From the NCBI RefSeq assembly GCF_032062105.1, contig NW_026917963.1, positions 62,001 through 126,000 on the forward strand: a stretch of 64,000 nt of DNA, given 5' to 3'. This DNA is from Saccostrea cucullata. Taxonomy: Eukaryota. The translations under genes and the position numbers were made by a program. Numbering within the stretch: the first letter of the stretch is position 1; each line of letters opens with the position of its first letter. The notes below the pieces were generated by a model. The model had not been told where the DNA came from and made no database searches. It saw only the letters and a program-made list of their open reading frames with translations. This document shows positions 48,385 through 62,900 of the stretch, piece after piece.

Positions 48385-51300
48385 TTAAATGATTGATTCC
48401 CTGTTGACTGGTTCGAATCGCTCGTCATGACTCGACGTACTCGCCTGACTCGAGCTCTGACACATGTGAAGTTCGAGTTCCGAGAGTCTGTGTTCGACGT
48501 CCCATTGCTGTCTGTGCAATTTGGCCGTCATGGAGGCGTTTTCTGTTTCCAAGGAAACCAAACGTTCTCGGAGCGTGTTGATTTCTTTGAGTAAAACGTC
48601 ATTGGGTGTATCGTATGAAAAACTTTGTGGGCTCACGGAGCCATAGTTCGATATGTTATACCCAGGGGATACTGGAACTAGAGCAGGCTGGGGGTGATTT
48701 TGTGGGGACAGGTTGATGTGAGACGATGAAAGGTTATCCGAGCGACTTGTGGCAAGACTGGGCGAAGACAAAGGATTCATTGTATTTGACACACAATATG
48801 GAGACAAAAAATTCATTTGTTGAGGATGGTTTTGAAACGGATATGTATGAGTGTAGGTAAAGCTCAGGGGCGATAACTGAGCGGGACTTCCGCCGGCGTT
48901 ACTAAGAATAGGCGTTGCCGCACTGATGGTCGGTATGTTTGGAGTTTGGCACAGACTTCTGGGTGAGATCGGGGGACTATAGCCTGGGTGTCCAATGGAC
49001 CGGGTAGGGGTGGTGCCTCCCGTATATGACGTCATCGTCCCCACGTTGGTGATGTCACAATTTTCAATCTGTATTGAGTTTTGTTCAGCAGTAATTTCAG
49101 CGTGAGCATTTTCACCCGTTTCTGAAGAATTTTCATCTTGAGTCCCTTCGTCACCGCTTGAGGGTGACTGTTTTGGAAGACCAGCCGGAAGAGTATGGTG
49201 ACGAGTTATCATCATGGCTTCTAAGGGAATTTTCCCGGATGATTCTACAAGCCCCGGTGTGCTCTTGCTTCTTGCCAGCGCTACAAAGTATTGGAAGCCA
49301 AGTTAATGATAGAATAAAACACAGAGTCAATAGGCTGTTTATGCTTGTTTTATGTTTGACTGCAGAAGAATGTGCGAAGATTAATTATTTTCCCCTATAA
49401 ACACAAACATTCTATGGAAATTATCTTGTCATTTAGCATTATAGCTTTAGTTAGTAACTCGGTAATTTGACTTTTATACATATATACATGCAAGACAATT
49501 TAAAGCGTAGTGCTAAAATGATATATGATAATCGGTGCTTATGGAATACTCATCGCTACTTATGATATATAGGCTATTTTCATATACATTTTTTCATTTT
49601 GATCGAAATATTTTTGAAAGGGAGCTAAACACACCTTTTTCAATAGGGATCTTTTTAGTTTTCTCTAGCCTTTTAACAGCTATAGCTTCAAGTTTCACCC
49701 TGGCTGCAGGATATTCTTTCAAAACATCCCAGAGATCCTGTTTAGAGAGTCGGAATAGGTCCGAATATCCTACAGAACGAACTGACGCTGTCCGTCGGTT
49801 ACCGGAAGTCCCCATGTTAAGAATGCTGATTTCCCCAAAATAACTTCCGGGTTTAAGAGTAGCAAGCACCGTTTTCCCGTTGTCGGCGACCACGTGCAAC
49901 CTGCCTCTGTTGACAATGTACATTTCCTTGCCGACCTCACCTGCAAATTAAATTTACAAAATGTAAAAAATGATAACTACTCCAAGTTAGTAGTTCTTGC
50001 AGATTTCAATAAAAGTACAGAAAGGAACACAGTTTGATTAAATTTTGCATTTTGGGAGGAGCAAGGTTGAGAATAATGGTTGAAAATCATAGTCGTCCAG
50101 TTACTCATCTTCGCTAATGGTTTCCGATCCGAAAGAGTAGATTTCGGATCTAGCTGCGAAGATGCCAGCTACTGAGCTTTTTCGGGTTTGCCGAAAAGAT
50201 ACGAATATATGTAGCGAGACTGTAACTGCAGAGGACAATTTAGCGAATCAAAACGTGGTGGAAAAACCTTCTTGAATTGAATGATTATACATGCAGGTTT
50301 ATCTTGCAAGGGAATGATTTCAACTTTCAATTAACGAATTTCCAACTTATTGTGGACATTTTAGAAAATTGTAAAAAGATTAATCATATTTTGATCCAGA
50401 AAAATATTATGATAGAAACTCCTAGGTCATCACTTTTATGCATGTGGAATCGTAGCTAGTTCAAGAAAATCAAAATAAGCCAATAAGATTATATTGGACT
50501 CAATGGAATACTAGTATATAACCAAACCTGTATTTTTCTTCATCATTTTTATGAAATACAAGAGATTTATGAAATCAATTATAAGCAAGCATTGTAGAAG
50601 GTTGGTTTCATTCAATATTAATTTTCAGGGCTACTTATAATCTTTGATGTTCCATTTATCTCGAGATTCAATCCACGTATATTGTCGTAATTACAACGTA
50701 CAACAGAATACACGCTCTTAAAATTAATTAAGTTCAACCAAAAATCTCGATGATTTATTAAATATTGATGTTCATGTTTTGAAATAGCCCAAAGCAGACT
50801 TTAATTGTTGGGGGAGTGTCTTATCAATAATTGAACAATGGGTTTTAATGGTTTATACATAGTCCCTCGAACTACCGTCAACTAATGAAAGAAAAAGTTT
50901 ATCTGTAAATAAGAAACTCTTTTCATAGAGACACGTACAATATTATTAAGGTAAATTGGATATTTTTTTCTTGTGCAGCATTAAGTATGGGCAACAGAAA
51001 ATGGGCTACCGTGCTCATCTGGTCCTACTTCGCAAAACATCATACGACTGTCATGTTGTAAATTTTGAATTTACCGGGTGGCAGTAAATACAAAATTTAC
51101 AACATGACAACAGTTGTCATGTTGTAAATTTTGTATTTACTGCCACCCGGTAAATTCAAAATTTACAACATGACACGACCAAGACAAAGAATGGGCAACC
51201 ATGTAATTTTTTGTTTTAAGAAGTATGATTTGTATCTCTTCCCCCCCCCCTGAACACTACTTATTAACAATATAAACTAATGTTCTAAAATTATTAATTT

Positions 51301-54206
51301 GTCTTTCGTTCTACTGTAGTTTAGATATTTGTTGAGGAATGGGACATTTTTTGTACTAGTCGTAAGATTTTTTTTTGGGAAAGGGTCGACCACAGTATAT
51401 ATGATAGTTTCCTAGTGTAGCATGGATGTAATATTTGTTCATTTTATTTTTCGGAGATTTTATTATTCATACATGTGTGCATGTGTAAAATTTAAAGCTT
51501 CTTTTAGCCAAATCATAATTCTAGATCAAAATTAAGTAAACTTTCTACGATGTTCCAAATCCTTAGGCTACTTTTTTTCACATGTCACCCTTTTAAACCT
51601 ATTCAACTTTTCATCAGTTTATACGTCTAGGCATTATTTTGAAAATGTTGAATGAAAAGTTGAAATCTAATTAAACATACTTAAATCAATGATAATGACT
51701 GAATATTTATTTGAAGTTATTGGCACTTTCGAAAAAAAATCATTTTCATTTCAATCCTTGAAAATTCTTCATCTAAATCTTTCACCCGCCTAGAAAAAAA
51801 AAATGTGAGAGAATCGCTGACCCTGGTATAAAGAAAACATCATCGATCTCTTCGTCCTAATTTAATTCCGCTAACACCAATCTGAAAACGAGATTCCACC
51901 GCGGGGCAAGTACGTTCGCCGCTCAACCTTTTCTAGATATATTTTCAAATATAGCGAATAGATTATCCCCGTACAAAACTGACATTTTTCTTTTGTCCAT
52001 CGAAGAAACCAATTAGGGGTGATATTGTAATGCAAATGGAGAAAGGAAATATTTGCCACTACGAGTCACGCCATTGCTTTAAACATCGACAAATTGAAAC
52101 AGCGGCCATAAAGCGAGACATTTGTGACTTTGTCTTTTGTTCTTTTTTACTGTTTCATTAGATACAAAGCAATCAATAAGATTCTCTGCATTGACCAGAG
52201 GCACTGGTTCGCAGTAGAAGGCCACGTTTTTGTCTCTCTCTATCGCTCTCATAAATATGTATGGCAATTAACCCTTTCGACTTTGAAATCTTTCATTGCC
52301 GCCTTTTCCGATTATGGGGTTTCTGTGGCCAAAGAATTCTTTATCATTAATTATTTTCCCTTCTGTATAATTCTCTAAATTTTTAACTCAACAAAACCAT
52401 GTGTTGTTTGTAATTTCAATACAGCCTTGCCTTAAAGACAAATCATTACAAAATCTTTTTTTTTTTTTTTGGTTAATTTTCTTTTTTTTTATGATGGTTT
52501 TAAAGTCTAATCACTTTTCTACAAATGGCGCCCATAAAGGGAAGTCCTTAGGGAACGTCTACTAATTATCGTTCCTAGTTCTTTTGTCGGCGGTCGAACG
52601 GTAAGACTGCAATCTACATTTAAAGGAACATATAACACAAGGAACATCCGCACAATTGCAACCATCCAGGATGTGAAATATACAATTGTCAACGTCACTA
52701 ACTGTTGATGCTAACCCTGGCCAAAGGCATTGAACCATTATGATAATAATCTATAATTTAAGCAAATTAGAATGTATACATGAATATTTTTCAAGAAATT
52801 TCAATTTTGAATGAACTACGACACTTTACACCGGTATATTTCATGAAACACTGTGCAGATGTGAAACATTGTATAAACTGTGTAGTTCAAGTAATTAATA
52901 TGTTATTAATATTAACTTTACAATATCTTGTAACAAATTTATATCCTTCAATTATCATTTTCGAAGCAAAACCGTTAACATTATTTTGACGACCTCAACA
53001 TAAAGATAATTGTGCTAGTTGAGTTCATGAGAAAATGGACATATATAGTTTTCGAATTTACAGAGAATCTTATGGGAAAGTATTTTGACTTGTACGTAAA
53101 TTTTATATAAGCTTCAAAATGTAAAAGCTACATAAAGGTCTTTCCCTTAACATCTTACATTTTCTCAGATTTTTAGAACATTTTAAATTGTATACCAAAA
53201 CAGCTGAAATGTATCATTAAAGAATTTTCATTTTTTTCGTCACCCAAGACTTAATAGAATTCTACTTTTCTAATTCCAAATGATATTTCAAGGGACCTTG
53301 TGAGATTTCATGGATTTACATAAAGTGAACCTGCAGACGGTACTTTAACCAATATGATATATGATAATGTCTGTAAAATACTTGTAAGCATGTCAGTTGT
53401 ATATAAGCGCATTTCCTTTTACAAGCATTTTGTCTTCATTACTGTGCACTCTCTGACTTAACAAGGAACCTAATTGCATGTCAATACATGTGCAACGGCA
53501 GCGTTCAAAGTCAAAACGAGGTTAATCTTGCCTGCAGAAAAGGACTTCATTGAATTAGCAATTCAAAAATCCAGTTGTAAATTCAATAGCAGTACCTTAC
53601 AAAGCGCTCTAGTTATGGTAAAGAAGGTTCAGAAACATCTTTAAGTACAGATAACGTTCTTATCAATTTTATTGACTATTTTCTGTACTGAATAGTAAGA
53701 GGCTCGCGGGTCGTGACAGTCACCTTAGGAAACTGAATATTCTTACAGGTTTTCCGATACATCGTTTTGTCTCTGTCTTTTAGTATACTTAAATGTTGTT
53801 CCTGTAGCTATGTTACAGAAAAATTGGAGGGAAATGAATGGAAGTATTCATATTCTCCTCCGATTGACATAGCTCTTGGATTTTTAATTACGACAACAAT
53901 TGAAGTCATTACCTTTCCTACAAATATAATCCCCAGGCGAGAAGAGGACGGGTTTAAGGCGCAGCACCAGTTCACACAAAAAACCGGCGTCCGTGTTTTG
54001 GAAGATTTCCACCCGTTTTAGAGTGTCTAGGTGCACGTGTATGGCAATTTCCGCCTTAAGTTTGTCTGGTAGAAGGGCCAGAGTTTTTTCCTCGTCGGTT
54101 GATTTGTTGCAGTACCACAGGTAGTCGAACCACTTGATGACCCGGTCTTGCAGCCGGATAGGTACCCGTCGTAAGGACATATACGTCTTCACCCCATCCA
54201 ACTTTC
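48385..54206 (-). CDS. 3' part of a cyclic nucleotide-gated cation channel alpha subunit; exons 54206-53913, 49940-49635, 49280-48385; upstream exons not found in the window
   Basis: C-linker [15 protein letters not shown]...[10 protein letters not shown]...[21 protein letters not shown]; [24 protein letters not shown]...YFGEISIL...[16 protein letters not shown]; Ser/Pro-rich tail with a terminal coiled coil. Phases are consistent. Confidence 0.94.
51049..51175. repeat. Perfect 127-bp palindrome (63-bp arms, 1-nt centre) in a CNG intron
   Basis: The arms are exact reverse complements around 51112, and each arm is itself a hairpin. Confidence 0.9.
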
Positions 54207-54597
54207 CTAAAAATTTCAAAATAAAATGCTTTAGTCCAACTTGTATTCGCAGGAGAGAAGTATCCGTAAATTTGCTCTTCACTTGCAAAAATTTCTTCTC
54301 GTGAATCAATTCCATGCATTTTTCTTATACTTTTAAGTCGCAAAAAAATAATTTTCGTAAATTTATTCCAAAAAAGATATATAGCAAATAATTAAGTTAT
54401 TAGTTTACAGTAATTGATAGATTGATAGTCAAATAATTAATTGAGAAATAAAAATGTGGTGCCATGTGACTATGGTTATCTAAATAAATGACTGATTAAT
54501 GAGATTTTTTTAGCAAGACACCAGCTGCATGGATCTATTTGAACAAAAAAATCTTATTTTTGGTATAGGTCATTGAAATATTAATCATCTAGTAGTA

Positions 54598-55537
54598 CGA
54601 GGGTTGTTAGAAAAGTTCGCGGACACATTTAATTACAGAAAATCTATTGTGTACTGTAAAGTATGACCTATGTCTGAATGAATTTACACATTTTGTTTAT
54701 TGGTATGTAAAAAATCAGGTCCATATAATAAAATCTTAAAATTTTACAACTATTTTTACTATAGGGTTATGGGATTTTTGACGTGAGGCGACGTGACAAC
54801 CAGATTTCAACCCTTTAAGCTTTGCCGCAGTTCTATAAATCTTTCATTTTTTCATATTTTTCTTATCTATTTTCTACTTTAAAATTGAATATCTATAAGA
54901 CAAATTTTTCAACTTATTTTTGAGATGTTATAGCAGTCAATTGATCAAATATTGCAAAACCATAAAGGCGCAACGCAACGTCCTGCGATATGTGGGTCTT
55001 AGTATATTCAAAAATTCCATTCTTAAAAAAAAGAACTTTTCTTTGTATGTGTAGGATACATTGAACATTTTAATCTCATTTTAGACATTTTCCTGTCTGC
55101 ACACATAATTTTTAAACATCAGTTCATAAATCAATGACGTTCCGATTCTTAGCTGTGTTTTTACGCGTTGATCATTTATAAACGGCTATACAACAGCCAT
55201 ATACCCTCCAATTTAGTTCAAAATTTCTCCCAATGACGTTTCCTGCATACTTTAGCGGCAGGTAAAATATCATAAATCTCTTGGATACAATTGTGCAATT
55301 TTTTTATTTTAATAAATAGTCTTTGTGATGTAAACGTGCCAAAATGTAGCATGCTCCGTGAAGCAAGATTTATCGAAATAAAAATGCCGTATATTTTTCA
55401 TTAATCACCGGAGAGCACCAAATTCTTGTATATTTATTGGAAAAAAGTTCAAGATTATATCTGGAAAGTTTGACCGGTTTCGAGGAAATAGCGCGCTCAC
55501 AATAGAACTTGTCCGCGAACTTTTCTAACACCCCTCG
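54598..55537. mobile_element. Non-autonomous mariner-type element, TA TSD
   Basis: TA-cgagggttgttagaaaagttcgcggaca ... tgtccgcgaacttttctaacacccctcg-TA. Confidence 0.9.
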
Positions 55538-56357
55538 TATATTAAAATTCCATTAAAAAAAGGCTTTCTACATTGACAAACCACGACAAAAAACATCAGT
55601 TCATAAATCATATAGTCTTGCGAAATCGGGTACTCACTTGCTTTTCCGATCGAGTAATTGGATACTCGGATGGGTTTTCTTTCAACCTCAAAACACCCCT
55701 TTTTGCAGTATATAAACTTAATAGTTAATACGTAGTGTTTCTTTAACATGTTTAAATTTGTTCTTAAAATCTTAAATTTACTAACTTAAAAAACGCTGCA
55801 TGTTTTTAATACATAATGAATAAATAAATTAAAATATAAGACGTTCTCGCGTGAGAAAGAAAATGGTTTTTAGTAAACATGAACTTAGTGATTTTATGGC
55901 AATCAACTTTAGTGCTTTTGAGAAATGATGATAAAAATGATAAAAATGTAGATGATAATGATTGAGCTAAAAAAGGAAACGATCATAATTTCTTTTTGCA
56001 CAAAGATCACAAGTTCAAAGCTTATGATATAATTATATATCTGACTTTTCTGCACTGGTGGTGTGTGACTTGATGCTATTTTATTCACTGAGCAAACGAT
56101 AAGACACAATGAGAACAATTCACGCATCTTATGGCGACAACAATAATGAACCTCATGTTGGTTTATTATACACAACGGTATTTTATTGCTCTCGTAATAC
56201 AGTACTATTTGAATATTGGTCTATCTCTAAAAGACTGATCCTATGAATACATTGTAGCTGCAAATTATTGCATGTATGAAAAATTGCACTCGAAAATAAG
56301 CAATGGCGTTTTACTCATATAAATTGTTAAATTCAGTTAAACTGTCAAGAATTAAAG

Positions 56358-56690
56358 AGAACAAATCTCTGTTATCCTTGGACTTTCAGTAAGGCGCGGC
56401 CTTCTCGACGTTACATCATTGGCGTCTGAAATTTGCACAGCATTTCATTCGATGTTGAAATATACATGAGATAGAAATTCGGGCGAATGTCAAGAGGGTA
56501 GCAATTATCTCATTAATTTCAGAGTCTCCTACGGCAACGAGGTGGGGCTAGTTATCTCATCTTTGTCAACAACAATTAAAATTTGCTGATGTTATTAATT
56601 TTTTAACCAATGAGATTGAGAGACGCTAACTATGTAGCTCCAAGAATGCCACGCCTCACTGAAAGTCCAAGGATGACAGAGAATTGTACT
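56358..56690. mobile_element. MITE with about 50-bp imperfect TIR
   Basis: tctctgttatccttggactttcagtaaggcgcggc versus gccacgcctcactgaaagtccaaggatgacagaga. Confidence 0.75.
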
Positions 56691-59600
56691 AACTGATGCC
56701 AGACCTCAGGCACCGCCCCCCTCCCGTTTGTGTTAAAAATAAGTAGGGGTGTCTTGTGTACGAGGTAAGTACCGATGTGATAAATAATTTAAACATCGAG
56801 ACTTCCTGTATCTTTAATAAAAATTCTTATTTCTCCTTTTGACAATTACTTCATTAAAGTATATTTACTTCATTCAAATATATTCAGATAAATAACTACA
56901 AGTGAACGAAATCTGGAAAGAAAACACTTGGTGCCTATAGCTTTGAGCTGTAAAGAACTTAATGCTTCTTGCAAGTTGATTTCTCTTCATAATGTCGACA
57001 AAAACATCTAAATCTGTCTAAATCTTTGTATTGTCTAAAATATTTCATTTTGCCTCATTGATCATTATTTGCTTAACGCTCAGCAGTTAAAGCCTTATTC
57101 CTTCGAATGGAGTCCGCCGCAGATTTACCCATGATTAGTCTCACCGAATCGCCACCTTAATTAAGCCGCATAAGGAAGCAAATCAAACATGGCTTCCCTT
57201 GAATTATAGCGATAGAGGGAGAGGGAAAAAAGGTTCTTAATCACTGCTCGCTCTTATTTTGAGCAACTGTGATTCTTCATTGCTATAATAAAGTAGGAAA
57301 AGACGCCCTTTGGTGCTAATATAGATGACTGATTACAAAAAAGGTCGAGATTACGAAACTGTCTGAGGGATTCCGAATGTAAAACTCGTGTTGTGCCATG
57401 GATGCTGGAAACATTCATTGGATTTTTATGGAGATGCACATTGGTTTTGCATGTGACTTTCATATGCCAGTAACGGTTTCATTTATTTGTTTGTGAAGGT
57501 CAGAATCGAAATGCTTCAGTCTGCAACTATAGCTTTTATTGGGGACGATAAAGCAAACGGCTTTTTTTCCTTACAGGAGAGAAATGTCTTGCAAGATAAA
57601 CGTTTTAGTTGCATTTTAATTTCACTTTTTTCTTCTTTTGCAAATCGTTTTTTCAGTCTTACTTTTAACAATAAGAATATATATTTAAAAACTAAAAATA
57701 TAACTACCAGTACGTTAATTAGGAATTTACTTAGTATGCCATGTCGCCTTTTAATTGACAAGTTTATGACCTTGACCACTAACCCTTTCATCTAAAAATA
57801 GATAGGAATTCCTCTTCAATGACGTTAAGAGTCTTATTATAAATTTCGTTGCAAAAGCTCAAAGACATCATCTGGAGCCATTCTATGCATTGCATAAATT
57901 TCTGACTCTGGACCTTTTGACCTTGATATCAATGCGTATGCTAAATTTTCAATGCAAGTTGAAGTGTTCCAAAAACTAAAACGTATACATATAAACATGT
58001 TAAGTTATACTCAGAAAGTATAACTGGTGAAAATCTATCACAACAGACAATTAATTGGAAATCATGTTTTGTTAACTGTCACAACCGATAAGTCCAGGCC
58101 ATGTTAAGTTGTAAGATGTATGTGCCTGTCGATATATATTTTTTCACTTCGTTTTTTTCCCCTAGCAGACAGTATTTACACTTGAGATTTGATTATCTGA
58201 TGCCTTAAATCAATTTAAAGCCCATTGTAGAAGCTATAATTAATCAATGCTTTCTTTTAATGGCAAATCGCACGGATTACTTTCAATCAAGTTCAAGCAC
58301 GGTGTTTCAATATTTACAGAAAACATAAAGAATTTACCCATCCTTACAATTTTGTCCATATATATGTTTTTTTTTTCCTTTTGATTCGTGATATGAAATA
58401 AATATAAATTTCTATTAATGTACATTAAGTGAATCCTATATGACGCTCGAAACGAATACAAAGTTAGATCACCACTTGTCATATAGTATCATGGGATGAA
58501 AAGCTCATAATCAAGCTATGTAACTGTAATTATCGAAAAAATAATCTTGAAAACAACTTTTTAGATTGCCCCTTGCTCTTGTTTAATATATTTATTCTCG
58601 TATTTATATATATATGCTCTATTAAATTTAATGCGAACTTTTTTTGACGAATGTTCCATTCTAACATTAATTAAATCAATACTGGCACAAATGTTGCGTC
58701 AAGATTATACGACTGATGAAAAAAAAATACTGTAGGACACTTGCACTCAATTTCAATACATAAAACTTAATATTGAAAAAAATCACATGTCTAGTTGAGT
58801 AATTTGAGAGGGAGGAAGAAAGAAAAAGGGAGAGGGAGAGGGAGGGGGAGGGGAAAGATCAGGGATAGATTGCGTCAGCTGTATGTCGATTTTTGACTTA
58901 GGCTCTCATTCTTCTTTGGAATTACACACCTACATGTCGTTAATTTAATACATTAAATGGGCAGATCGATCGTCCAAGGACAAATGAGGAAATCAGACAG
59001 AGGCCTGAAGTTGATTTATTCAAGTATTCACCATTCAACTCAAGGTTATGCTGTGAACAATGGAATGAACTCAATATACTGTGTAGGCATCGTCAGAGCC
59101 CGGTGCCTTTTATCTATGTGCACTTATATGTATGTTTATCTGACATTTGTTGGGTGTCGGGTTGCATAATACTTATACTATAAAATTATATGCCTACATT
59201 TTCCAGTATTTTCCGACTTCTTTTTTTTTTTGCACAATTTTAAAATTCGTCCTTCTATGATTAAATGATGTTTTTTTAAATTCAACATTGTGTTACTGGT
59301 TAAACTGTCTTGATAATTAACAAGCCTTGTCAACTTAGCAATGCATTTCACAGACCAATCGGCGTTTAATGTGCAATGGGTATATCAGTAACCATTTTCA
59401 CGAATGATGACCTTTGACTAAGTGATTCCAATATCTAAAATGGACCAAAACGCTTTATATATAGAAGTGTCCTTATAACATTTTGGAGCTTACAACTTAA
59501 ACATATTCAATTTAATATCGCGAGTGTACGATGACAACAACGACCTTGAACTTTAACCTTGAACTTATATCAAGAAAGTCCAAACACTTTGGTTGTCATG

Positions 59601-59759
59601 TACCTCTAACCATCTACCGTGTTTCGTAAAAATTAAACAGAACAAATTTAAGCGAACAAATTGTCAAGACCCACATAAAATTGAATGTACATATATTCTA
59701 CTCTAAGCCTTAGTCTATTTGTCCGTTTGTCTGTCAGGCAACGTAAGGTGACTCGATAC

Positions 59760-59980
59760 TGTTTGTTGTTGTTGTTGTTGTTGTTGTTGAAAGGATTTCA
59801 GTGTCGCGTCAGTCTAATGTTGTCCGACAGACAGACGGACGAATAGAACTTATTACCTTCATTTTTATGTGGGTATTAACAATTCGTTTAATTTACATTA
59901 ACAATTCGTTTAATTTACTTCTGGATAAAGAAGTATGTGGGTATTAACAATTCGTTTAATTTACTTCTGGATAAGGAAGC
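59760..59980. repeat. (GTT)n microsatellite, decayed ACAG/ACGG tract and a short tandem duplication
   Basis: gtt repeats at 59765-59789; tatgtgggtattaacaattcgtttaattta is repeated. Confidence 0.6.
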
Positions 59981-62900
59981 TTGATTTTGTGATAATTACG
60001 TGTCTTTATACGTTTTCCTATAGAATGCTTCACTGTAATAAACTGGTAATAATACTGATATGGTTTCAAATCTTGGAATGCTAGCATTTTATTAGTCATA
60101 TTAATCAGGGGCTAGTTTGATTGCCTCTGTGTGTTAATGTAGAGATTTCGTTTAAAGCAAAGATGATTACAAATTAAAGTTCCCAACAGTAGCTACAAAT
60201 ACAATTTTTTTAATATGATGTACTTGTATAGTTGCATCGTGCTCTACGAGAGAACAAAATTCTAACTAGATCCCAAAAAGGCTTTAAACGTTTACCTAAC
60301 TTAGGGGCCATGAATTTCATAACTTAAGAAAAGCACTTTTATTATAACCGTGTACTTAGTTTGTTTGTCTTTAAGTTAGTGTCTAATAACCAGGAGGTGA
60401 GAAGATTTTTCTCCCCAAAAAATCAAGCATTTCACTTTATGACCAATAGAATTCAGACCCAACATCAAAACCTTTTACTGACCATGACTTTGAATAGAGG
60501 ATCAGCATGACCCAGATGACCTAAAAAGCTGGTGATTCCATTTCGTCTTAATCGAGAAATTCTTTGCAAGCCCAGTAACCAAATTTGGCAGAATGTAACC
60601 GAAGAAACATTCTCATTGAAAGACTCTCAGTATTTATTTAGATTTTCTATTTTTGTGAATACATTTAAAGACACCGTCATACAACTTGTAGTGTTTGTTC
60701 TAAATGTATCCGGAGTCATCACTCTCGCATTTCAACTGCATTGTGTATAGTAGTTCGTTTTGATGATAATATCAATTATTATTAATTTACATTATTTCTA
60801 TCAAAAGATCATATTTCATTCGCCGACCACTATCCATTACGAAAGGATTTAACACTTTCACGTGGGACCAAGAGACCCGAGGAGTCGATTCGTCTGGGGG
60901 TCGGTTTCCGCTTGGTATCGCTGTTACACTCCATCTCTGAACAGGGGAAGTAATTAAGATTTTTAACGGCTTTCAGCAATAAACCCTTCGGATATAATAT
61001 CTATAGAGACCCAACAGTTCTTCTACGATGACAATAGTTAATGAGGCGTATTGTTTTATTCAATATTAAACAGTCGGGATGATATAATGGTAGGATTTAC
61101 TGCCCTATCATGTAACATTAGTTATTTCCCCTTGTAAATTTCTGATCCAAGTTGCCGTATGCTTGCAATAAAATACAGCATATATATCTCTGTATTAAGA
61201 TTTTTTGAAATTTGATTGATTTTTGAGAAGCAGAATGAATCGTTGCTAACTACAATCTGGAAAAAAAGATATATACGCATATGTATAAAAATTATGCTTG
61301 GGTGAGTATATTATGGTCTTGTGTCTGTCACGTGATCAGATGATATAAATAGTAAGTGCTTGCTGCTATTCTACAACTTGTTTAAAGGAGTTGTTACTAT
61401 GCTAAATTATTTGTTCAATGATATGAGTACCGAGTAGCAAGTCACATAAATATCATGTTGATATATATAGGCCTTGTATATTTTGCCTGTTTGAAAGCGA
61501 TGATGCATATGTTGATATATTTTGTCTGATGAGTACTATGATATATATATAAAATGTGTTATACTAGACTGTATGTTGTTTGAACGAGTGCTATAATGCA
61601 CATGTTGATATATGTTGTCCAAATAAGTGCTATGAAAAAAAAACATGATAAAAAAAAAACAGTGCTTAGAAAGAGTCAGGCAGAGATTCATATCAACCCG
61701 ACCCCCTCCGGCAGAATTTTTGACATAAGATGTAAAGGTATATAATTAAAACAAAGTTTTAAGCGCCCCTTCTAACCCAAGCCGAGAAAAATCGAACCCG
61801 AGACTGCAATACGTTTTATGCGGAAGCCACAGGGCCTTCAAATAAGATAATATAACGACGTTCGCCAAAGATGAAGATTAGAAAATAACACAAAGAAACA
61901 TTTTAGCCTGCGTTGCAAAAAAGAAAAAAAAATCAAAATCATTAAATTATTATTGAATATGACAAAAGGGCTTTGAAACCAAGGGCATTAGCCCTACACA
62001 AACAATGCAGGGACCGATCAAGTATCATGATATGGTCGTTTACAACTGTAGAAGACATTGTTATATAGAGAGAAAGAGACTCGGATGACGAGTAATCGGT
62101 TTACAAGATGTTCAACAAGTACAGTCTACAGCAGAGACCATCGGCGTGGAGCCACGGGATTCTAGACACTGCAGAGTGTTTGGACCAGTAAGATTAAATC
62201 CAAATGTTTGCAAAAATATCGATCGGTAATGGTTGAAGAGAAAATTTGAAAAAATAATATGACGTAATCGGAAGATGGAAAAAAGGGTGACACCAAAAAG
62301 TCAGCATTGGCTTCAGAAAGGTTGCGAAAATATAGGGATCACTTTCGTTGAAGTAACCTAAATTTTGGATATTCTTATCTTTTCAGTGTTATTTTTATAC
62401 CTAATTTAAAAAAAAAACTATACCGATATAGCATGTACCCATGTGATAAAATTGACAATTGTGTTCTCAGCAGTTTAAGAAAAATTTGGGTTTATAATGA
62501 ACAAACCAAATCAACATTTTCTCAAATTGATATCATTTATGAATTTCTTTTAAATTAAAGATTTTAGGAGCTTTATAAAAATGGTTAAACCACAAATAGG
62601 CATTGAGGCCTAATACAGTTAAACAACAATGCGATACTACTCGTCACTTCCGGCTTTTTTTCGGTTTTCTCAGAATAACCACATGTTAACAAGGTCCATT
62701 CTAGAGAACGGCTTATGGCGATAAGATATTAACGAACAATGACAGTCAATGACGCGTATTAATTCCTGGTATTAGTTTTGTTTATGTCTGTAAGGTTTTA
62801 CCAAGGGATTTATAACTGAGTGCTTTGCCCGCGTACGTATGTGTACATCATTTACCGCTTCAAATGGTAATACGGACATTTTCGTTAACCTAAATAGAAA

